This document shows, piece by piece, positions 10,518 to 21,100 of a stretch of 64,000 nucleotides of DNA. How positions within the stretch are numbered: position 1 is the first letter of the stretch; each line of letters opens with the position of its first letter. The position numbers and the translations under genes are program-made. Below the pieces are notes generated by a model. That model was not told the DNA's origin. It worked only from the letters and a program-made list of their open reading frames with translations, and searched no databases. This stretch comes from Auanema rhodensis (lineage: Eukaryota; Animalia; Nematoda), in contig OZ059900.1 in NCBI GenBank assembly GCA_964057225.1, positions 14,880,001 to 14,944,000 on the forward strand. Direction: 5' to 3'.

Positions 10518-10934
10518 TGTTACATACATATCTCAAAGGAAAGCAGCTGACCATGGCAGCTGCTATTATTAAACTAATGCAGATAGTTTTTAAGCAATTC
10601 TGAGAATATTCTAGATGCACTTTTTATAAGCTTTGTAACAATTTGTGTAAACTGAGTAGGAGTTGTATGGATATATAAACCTGAGTCCTCAAGACTCAGG
10701 CATCTCATTATCTCATTATCTTACTTTCTCTTTATCTTCTTTATATTCTCTTTCTTAACTTTAGCTTTAATCTTTGTATAATTATATTATAATGCGAACA
10801 ATAAACCTTTATATATCTCATCTCTTGTTTAATATTTCACCTTACATTACACACTTATATTTAAAATCATACTCATCTTCTCATAGTCTGTTTGGATATC
10901 TCAACTTGGAACCATTGGGAATCTAAATGGAACG
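10518..10934 (+). repeat. 3' LTR of Gypsy copy 1 (417 bp)
   Basis: TG start after short GGGG tract; TATATAAA 10672-10679; AATAAA ~10800; ends GGAACG, then array resumes at ctgtctct. Confidence 0.95.
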
Positions 10935-13900
10935 CTGTCTCTAACATATCTTGATTTATGGCCTACTTTACTCAAAGAGCTAATTGAAGTTTGGTGTTAA
11001 AATGAACAATTGATTAACGCTGACGTTTCAATTTTTTTCATCGTAATTGAGATAGAACATTTAAATTAAATGGAAATGTTTAAAAATTTAGAAAAAATCA
11101 CAAGCTCAAATCACTTTTGAAAAAACAGAAAGTTTAAAACAACCTTTTTTCTAATAATTATCTTTTTTATCCGACTTTTGTAAAAAAACAAAAATAGCAT
11201 AACATTCAATAACGATGAATCAGAACAAAAACATTCTCCCCGGCCGGGAATTGAACCCGGGTCTCGCATGTGACAGACGCGGATACTCACCACTATACTA
11301 CCGAGGATTGAATTTGCACTTAGAAACTTTCATTAAGAGTGTGAGTTTGAATTATAGTAGAAAAATGAAACACTGTCTCTAACATATCTTGATTTATGGC
11401 CTACTTTACTCAAAGAGCTAATTGAAGTTTGGTGTTAAAATGAACAATTGATTAACGCTGACGTTTCAATTTTTTTCATCGTAATTGAGATAGAACATTT
11501 AAATTAAATGAAAATGTTTTAAAATTTAGAAAAAATCACAAGCTCAAATCACTTTTGAAAAAACAGAAAGTTTAAAACAACCTTTTTTCTAATAATTATC
11601 TTTTTAATTCAACTTTTGGAAGAAAACAAAAATAGCATAACATTCAATAACGATGAATCAGAACAAAAACATTCTCCCCGGCCGGGAATTGAACCCGGGT
11701 CTCGCATGTGACAGACGCGGATACTCACCACTATACTACCGAGGATTGAATTTGCACTTAGAAACTTTCATTAAGAGTGTGAGTTTGAATTATAGTAGAA
11801 AAATGAAACACTGTCTCTAACATATCTTGATTTATGGCCTACTTTACTCAAAGAGCTAATGGAAGTTTGGTGTTAGAATGAACAATTGATTAACGCTGAC
11901 GTTTCAATTTTTTTCATCGTAATTGAGATAGAACATTTAAATTAAATGGAAATGTTTAAAAATTTAGAAAAAATCACAAGCTCAAATCACTTTTGAAAAA
12001 ACAGAAAGTTTAAAACAACCTTTTTTCTAATAATTATCTTTTTTATCCGACTTTTGTAAAAAAACAAAAATAGCATAACATTCAATAACGATGAATCAGA
12101 ACAAAAACATTCTCCCCGGCCGGGAATTGAACCCGGGTCTCGCATGTGACAGACGCGGATACTCACCACTATACTACCGAAGATTGAATTTGCACTTAGA
12201 AACTTTCATTGAGATTGTGAGTTTGAATTATAGTAGAAAAATGAAACACTGTCTCTCACATATCTTGATTTATGGCCTACTTTACTCAAAGAGCTAGTTG
12301 AAGTTTGGTGTTAGAATGAACAATTGATTAACGTTGACGTTTCAATTTTTTTCATCGTAATTGAGATAGAACATTTAAATTAAATGGAAATGTTTAACGA
12401 TTTAGAAAAAATCACAAGCTCAAATCACTTTTGAAAAAACAGAAAGTTTAAAACAACCTTTTTTCTAATAATTATCTTTTTTATCCGACTTTTGGAAGAA
12501 AACAAAAATAGCATAACATTCAATAACGATGAATCAGAACAAAAACATTCTCCCCGGCCGGGAACTGAACCCGGGTCTCGCATGTGACAGACGCGGATAC
12601 TCACCACTATACTACCGAGGATTGAATTTGCACTTAGAAACTTTCATTAAGAGTGTGAGTTTGAATTATAGTAGAAAAATGAAACACTGTCTCTAACATA
12701 TCTTGATTTATGGCCTACTTTACTCAAAGAGCTAATGGAAGTTTGGTGTTAGAATGAACAATTGATTAACGCTGACGTTTCAATTTTTTTCATCGTAATT
12801 GAGATAGAACATTTAAATTACATGGAAATGTTTAAAAATTTAGAAAAAATCACAAGCTCAAATCACTTTTGAAAAAACAGAAAGTTTAAAACAACCTTTT
12901 TTCTAATAATTATCTTTTTTATCCGACTTTTGTAAAAAAACAAAAATAGCATAACATTCAATAACGATGATTCAGAACAAAAACATTCTCCCCGGCCGGG
13001 AATTGAACCCGGGTCTCGCATGTGACAGACGCGGATACTCACCACTATACTACCGAGGATTGAATTTGCACTTAGAAACTTTCTTTAAGAGTGTGAGTTT
13101 GAATTATAGTAGAAAAATGAAACACTGTCTCTAACATATCTTGATTTATGGCCTACTTTACTCAAAGAGCTAATTGAAGTTTGGTGTTAAAATGAACAAT
13201 TGATTAACGCTGACGTTTCAATTTTTTTCATCGTAATTGAGATAGAACATTTAAATTAAATGGAAATGTTTAAAAATTTAGAAAAAATCACAAGCTCAAA
13301 TCACTTTTGAAAAAACAGAAAGTTTAAAACAACCTTTTTTCTAATAATTATCTTTTTAATTCGACTTTTGGAAGAAAACAAAAATAGCATAACATTCAAT
13401 AACGATGAATCAGAACAAAAACATTCTCCCCGGCCGGGAACTGAACCCGGGTCTCGCATGTGACAGACGCGGATACTCACCACTATACTACCGAGGATTG
13501 AATTTGCACTTAGAAACTTTCATTAAGAGTGTGAGTTTGAATTATAGTAGAAAAATGAAACACTGTCTCTAACATATCTTGATTTATGGCCTACTTTACT
13601 CAAAGAGCTAATGGAAGTTTGGTGTTAGAATGAACAATTGATTAACGCTGACGTTTCAATTTTTTTCATCGTAATTGAGATAGAACATTTAAATTACATG
13701 GAAATGTTTAAAAATTTAGAAAAAATCACAAGCTCAAATCACTTTTGAAAAAACAGAAAGTTTAAAACAACCTTTTTTCTAATAATTATCTTTTTTATCC
13801 GACTTTTGTAAAAAAACAAAAATAGCATAACATTCAATAACGATGAATCAGAACAAAAACATTCTCCCCGGCCGGGAACTGAACCCGGGTCTCGCATGTG

Positions 13901-14914
13901 ACAGACGCGGATACTCACCACTATACTACCGAGGATTGAATTTGCACTTAGAAACTTTCATTAAGAGTGTGAGTTTGAATTATAGTAGAAAAATGAAACA
14001 CTGTCTCTAACATATCTTGATTTATGGCCTACTTTACTCAAAGAGCTAATGGAAGTTTGGTGTTAGAATGAACAATTGATTAACGCTGACGTTTCAATTT
14101 TTTTCATCGTAATTGAGATAGAACATTTAAATTACATGGAAATGTTTAAAAATTTAGAAAAAATCACAAGCTCAAATCACTTTTGAAAAAACAGAAAGTT
14201 TAAAACAACCTTTTTTCTAATAATTATCTTTTTTATCCGACTTTTGTAAAAAAACAAAAATAGCATAACATTCAATAACGATGAATCAGAACAAAAACAT
14301 TCTCCCCGGCCGGGAATTGAACCCGGGTCTCGCATGTGACAGACGCGGATACTCACCACTATACTACCGAGGATTGAATTTGCACTTAGAAACTTTCTTT
14401 AAGAGTGTGAGTTTGTATTATAGTAGAAAAATGAAACACTGTCTCTAACATATCTTGATTTATGGCCTACTTTACTCAAAGAGCTAATTGAAGTTTGGTG
14501 TTAAAATGAACAATTGATTAACGCTGACGTTTCAATTTTTTTCATCGTAATTGAGATAGAACATTTAAATTAAATGGAAATGTTTAAAAATTTAGAAAAA
14601 ATCACAAGCTCAAATCACTTTTGAAAAAACAGAAAGTTTAAAACAACCTTTTTTCTAATAATTATCTTTTTAATTCGACTTTTGGAAGAAAACAAAAATA
14701 GCATAACATTCAATAACGATGAATCAGAACAAAAACATTCTCCCCGGCCGGGAATTGAACCCAGGTCTCGCATGTGACAGACGCGGATACTCACCACTAT
14801 ACTACCGAGGATTGAATTTGCACTTAGAAACTTTCATTAAGAGTGTGAGTTTGAATTATAGTAGAAAAATGAAACACTGTCTCTAACATATCTTGATTTA
14901 TGGCCTACTTTACT
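10935..14914 (-). repeat. tRNA-Asp tandem array, segment B (9 tRNA copies)
   Basis: Exact 438-bp spacing; tRNAs from 11236-11307 to 14740-14811. Confidence 0.96.
11236..11307 (-). tRNA. tRNA-Asp(GTC), first copy of segment B
   Basis: Consensus sequence; TTTTT Pol III terminator a few bases downstream on the minus strand. Confidence 0.97.
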
Positions 14915-15188
14915 TTTTTTGTTCGCATTAACACTTTAACCGCTTATTGAATTTGAATTGATACTCTCTGGTATCCTTTATACATTTACATTAAGTTGGT
15001 AAGTTATTTTATAAGTTCAATTTGTTTTATTTTAATTTTATTATTTCACATTTTATATTGTTTATATTTCATTCACATCTGTTATCTTATACAATTTCCT
15101 TTGTTCATCTGTCCAGAAATAAATCTTTTGTCTCAAATTACTCATCCTTTTCATACACATACTTTCTGATCAATCAAACATTAATATT

Positions 15189-18100
15189 TTGAATACCTTT
15201 TGGATATCCTTATTATATTTCAACCAATTAATATTAATATTGATATTGGCCAAACACCCTCAAGCCCATAAGACCATGAAAGCTCATGAAATCGACCAAC
15301 TTGTCACCAAAGACATTGGCGAAGAACATCCGCCCACAGTTGCAAAACTGATCAAGGGCATTTTGGACTATTGTGATGAGAGAGATCTCATGGTGAACAC
15401 AGGCGAAGTTGAGGAATATACTCAACTTATCCAACTTCGCCGAGATGAACTCGATGACTATCAGAGTTCATTTGACTCTACAGTACATGACTCAACAACA
15501 TTGCAAAATGACATGAACAGAATGAAATACTCCAGAAAAAATTTAGAGATGAGTTTCTTTTCTGGAATACAAAAACATTTGAACATCACACCAGATAGAA
15601 CACGACGACACAGAACACAAAGCACAAGTTCTGATGAAATCGGTTCCACACAAAGACAACCTACTCAAAAACGAGTGTACACTACTCGAGCAAACAATAG
15701 TGACGTTATGATCGCATCTCCTCAGCACGATATTTCAATGCTTGAACCAAACAGTAACTCCACTCTTTTGAACGATGACCTAATGCCGATATCAGAAAAT
15801 GATCTTGTTCATTCTTTTAACAATCTGAGTACTGGTTCTCATAGCTTGGAAAGAGCTAGAGCTGATGCTGACAATGTTGGAACCCCACTTGGAGCAGCTA
15901 ATAAGCGGAAAGCTCTCTCACCATTGAGACACGCGCACTACGATTCTCGACCAATTACAGTCGAACAACATACAAACAATGTTCCCGATCATTGGTCAAC
16001 TATGCAACAGAACATAGCACGACAATCTTCGATCCCACCTACTGTACAAACATCAATACTCACGCCTCGTCTTCCAACAGTTAAAGTACCACATTTCAAC
16101 GGTAATCCAGAAGACTTTCTTGGATTTTGGGAGTTGTTCACAGCAGTAATTGATGTTCAACCCTTGTCAGAGATTGAAAAGTTTTCCATTTTGCTCGACA
16201 GACTTTCTGGTCCAGCTGAAGAATGTTTACTGTGCTTGCCACGCATTGGTGTGAGTTACAGTAAGGCAAAGACCATCCTCATGGAAGAGTACATGAACCC
16301 CTCTATGTTAGACTCTAAACTATACGATTCACTGAGAGCCTTACCGGCAGCACTAGACAATAGTGCTTCGATACTACATACGATCCGCAAAGCTGATCAA
16401 ATCATATCGATGAGGATACGATACAGTCCTAATGTAGATCACACAGGGCTTCGCGTCATACTCTTCTCAAAATTACCTCGACACATCTATAACAGCATAT
16501 ACAAATCGAAACAACATACTACAATTACGTCAATCATTGAATACATCACGGAAGCCGCAAAAGCATTGCAGCTTGAAGAAGCCGATAAAAATGCAATGAG
16601 TCAGAGAAATAGCAATACTGTTCATATTGCAGCAGGACAACTACACACTAGTCGGCGAGAACAGTTCAATAACCAGAAATGCAATCTCTGTCTTGGCAAT
16701 CATTCTCCCACCAAATGTTATTCTATTCAATCGGTAGAAGAAAGGAAGAAGATAGCTGTATCCAAACAGCTATGCTTCAAATGTTTTTCGAAGACACACT
16801 CAGCCATTGGATGTCACGCACCGAATTGTCACCGCTGTGACAAAACACATCATGAGTCTCTGTGTCAACGCGATTCTCAATCCCGGAGTAATAGTAGGAC
16901 TAGAACTCACTCGAAGGATAGGATGAATCGGCATCCACCACAAACGCACAGAGGTTTTGAGGCTAACACAAGAAGATCACCTCATCGGAACAACGAAAAC
17001 AACAGAAAAGACCGCAGTGCGTCTATGAGACACTCATCGAGAAGCAAATCACCCTCATATTCACGGAGCAGATCACCTTACCCACAACGAAGACAATACA
17101 GAGCTCACTCCCCACGCCAACATATCTCGACTGCTACTGCACTCACTTACCCTTACGACCACATTTCAAATACATCAGGACCAGTCAATGACAAGGCCTT
17201 TGAATTCAGAAGAAACCACGTCGGAGTAGTCAGTGTGACAGTATTTGATTGCCACGATAATCCACATCATGTATACGCCTTGTTGGATTCGGGTTCACAA
17301 GTAGCTATCGTACGTAGAGAGTTGATCAACCGCTTGGGATTACCATTCGATGAAGATGTACGCATGAGAATGGAAACCGCGGGGGAACAATTTCTTCTTA
17401 AAGACACGCAAGCTATTATGATCGATCTCTACAATAACGATGGAGAGTGCATATCTGCCCCATGTGTTATAATGGATAAGGTTCTTTCAGCCATACAACC
17501 GTTAAGACTGACAAATGCCGATCAGCGTTTTATACGCCAGAACATTGGCTACTTATCTCGCAAATTGAATGATCCTATAGAGATTGATATCATCTTGGGC
17601 ATTGCTGAGGTCCATGCGAGTACCATCTATGATGAACCAATTATGCAATTGCCCGATTGCAATCTAGTCGCTCACCCCACTTTCTTTGGATATACACTAT
17701 CGGGAAGGTATGACTTAGATGACAACAACCCCACATACGCGGATAATGTAATCACATGCACAACAAAAATACATGACGATGTTGATCTCACAAAAATGTG
17801 GTCCATGGAATCTATTGGGATTCGAGACAACATATCAATCGAAGAAGAACAACAAGGGGTACTGAGCCAGTTCAATGAACAAGTAAGAAAGACATGGGAA
17901 GGCGTACACGTATCCTTTCCGTGGAAGGAAAACAAACACGCACTGGCCGATAACTACAGTATCGCATTAGCTAGACTGCGACAACAATTCAATCACGCAA
18001 AGAGCAATCCCGAGATGTGGGCAAAATACAATGAAATTTTTCAACAACAATTGGAGAGTAATATCATTGAAGACGCTCCAATTCACCCTGATAGCTCCCC

Positions 18101-21100
18101 AACTTATTATATACCGCATCAAGCGGTAGTTAAGTTGTCGAGTAACACTACCAAAGTACGTATAGTACTTGATGCATCCTCTCATCGACGAGGAGAACTA
18201 TCATTGAATGATGTTATACATCAGGGTCCAACAATCTTACCAAATCTAACAGGTCTATTGTTACGATGCAGGTTTGGAAAATACATGATCATCAGTGACG
18301 TTGAGAAGGCCTTTCACATGGTACATCTTAATAACACCGAAAAAGACGCCACTCGATTCCTTTGGCTTCACGATCTTTCGTTACCACCTGAACAGGATAA
18401 TATACGGGTGTTCCGATTTAACAGAGTACCATTCGGAGTCAATGCTTCTCCATTCCTTCTCGCTGGCGCAATCCAATTTGGGCTGAAATCCCATTCAGAC
18501 ACACAACTTACGAGTTGTATCATAGATAATCTTTATGTAGACAATCTCATTCTCACCTTTGATGAGACCTCACAAGGAGTAATGTTATACACACAGTGTA
18601 AGTCTGCGTTCAACGATATGAAGATGAACTTGAGAGAATTTTGTACTAATGACAAGAACACTATGAAAAGCATTCCAAAACATGACAAAGCAGAGAAGGT
18701 ACTGCAAAAAGTTTTGGAAATTTATTGGGACTCACACCTAGACACATTCAGTCTTGCACTTCAGATGGATTATACAGGTGACAGTATAACCAAGCGACTG
18801 GTACTCAGTACAGCGCACAAAACATTTGATCCAGTAGGATGGTTGAGTCCTTTAATCTTATTATCACGACACTTCTTACAAAAACTGTGGACACTTGGTT
18901 ACGCATGGGATGAACCAATCTCTCCCGACCTTCAACGTGAATGGAAACAGATATGCAGTTCGGTTCATGGATACCGATACCACGTACCTCGAAACATTCG
19001 CAATGACCACGTGAACGAACTCTGCATTTTTGTAGATGCTAGTACTATCGGATACGGTGCGGTAGGATATCTACGTACACTAGACCAAAAATCTCATGTT
19101 ACCGGAGTACACTTCCTCATGGCGAAACAGCGATTAGCACCACAGAACAAAAGCAAATCGCAGAAAAAAGATAAAAATAAAAAGCAACCGCTCACTATTC
19201 CTAGACTTGAACTACTTTCATTTTTTATCGGATGTCACATCATTGAGTTTCTGTTACAAGAAAGTAAATTGAACATATCGATCGTACGAATCTTCTCAGA
19301 TTCGGAAATATCACTTGCGTGGGTATGCAAACCAAATCCTGATGCAGGAATATTCGTCGATAACCGAGTTAGATCGTGTCGCGTTATCATTGATAAAGTC
19401 AAAGATAGTTATAATTTCTTTATTTACCACGTCGATACAGACCACAACCCAGCTGATCACGCAACGCGTGGACTTACAAGGGAAAACATTGACAAATCCA
19501 CATGGTTCACAGGACCGAAATTCTTACAAACGCACGACAAAGAATGGGAGATGACCAGACCCTATACTTATGTAGAGGACGACTCACAAGTACTGATCGC
19601 TAGTACCTCCATCACTACATTTGTCGACGATCCATCAATTTTCCGATATCAAAGCTCGCGATTAACATGTCTCATACGAACAACCGCATACGTACTTCGG
19701 TTTATACAACTCTTACAACAACGACGTCTACATCGCATCAACAACGACAACGAGATTGCTCTAAACCCTTCAACAATATCAGCTGACGAATATAAGGAGG
19801 CAGAGAGAGTTACTTATATTGATGTACAGAGTACAGTAGATAAAGAAGACAAGAGATGGAAACACCTTGGCCTCTATCACGATGAAATGGGTGTTATTCG
19901 ATGCAAAGGTAGACTGGAACACATGGAAGCTGAGGAGGATTGTATACATCCTATTTTCATACCGGATAATCACCCATTTGCTTCTATCATGATAAGAGAC
20001 ATGCACACCAAACTTTTCCACGCCGGTGGTAATCATTTACGTTCCGAAATACGACGACGATTTTGGTTACCAAGACTTCCCCGCAAGGTACAGAACATTT
20101 TGAAACAATGCGCGGTTTGTAAAAAACTTCATGGACGACCATTCAAATACCCCAACATGTCCTCACTTCCTCCTGAGAGAGTACAACGCAGTAACCCCTT
20201 TCAAAATTGCGGCATTGATCTTGCTGGTCCCTTCAACATACACGATGACACACGTCACATCACAGAGAAAAGATGGATTATGCTTGTCACCTGTATGGCC
20301 ACACGCGCTATCCATCTTGAAGTGGTACAAGACCTATCCGCATCCGAAACCTTGTTAGCACTTCGCAGATTCATCTCTCGAAGAGGTTCTCCTGATCTCA
20401 TCTGGAGCGATAACGGGTCTAATTTTACCCTCTGTCAGAAAATCTTTGCTCTCATACAAGATCCAAACGTCGACACGTATCTGACGCATCACAAGGTAAC
20501 TTGGAAGTTCATCACTCCGTTGGCACCTTGGAAAGGTGGTTTTTACGAGAGGATGGTCGGTATCATGAAATCGGCTCTTAGAACTAGTCTAACAACATCA
20601 TGTAAAGCCCACATGTTTTCAACGATTGTGACAGAGGTTGAACAAATTGTAAATACTCGACCATTAACATACACATTTAATACCACAACCGATCTATCTC
20701 CCATTCGACCGATCGACTTTCTACAAACGAACACATCAGTTACAATCCCCGACATAGAACTCAGTGAACTGCCCACTCATTTACGATCCAGGCGAGACTG
20801 CATAGATCGGTTAAACAACATTCAGAAAACACTTGACAAATTTTGGCAACGATGGCATGATGAATATGTCGTCGCCCTTCGAGCAACACACATGTTGGAT
20901 CACAAGCAAGGACATTTCTCCACAGCTACACCAAAAGTAGGCACAGTAGTGCTAATGTCAGATGACAATACGAAACGAAACCAGTGGAAAATGGGTTTAA
21001 TAACAAGCATACAGAACACGGAATCTGTGAGAGTTGCAGAAGTCCGTACATCTGATGGACACAAACTATTTAGACCCATCAATCGCCTGATTCCCCTTGA

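Larger units (their letters stand above)
3270..10934 (+). mobile_element. Ty3/Gypsy LTR retroelement copy 1 (gag-env-pro; RT/RH/IN deleted)
   Basis: Direct LTRs 3270-3675 and 10518-10934, PBS at 3676, gag, env and protease coding; near-identical to the inverted copy at 46165-55808 outside the deletions. Confidence 0.95.
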
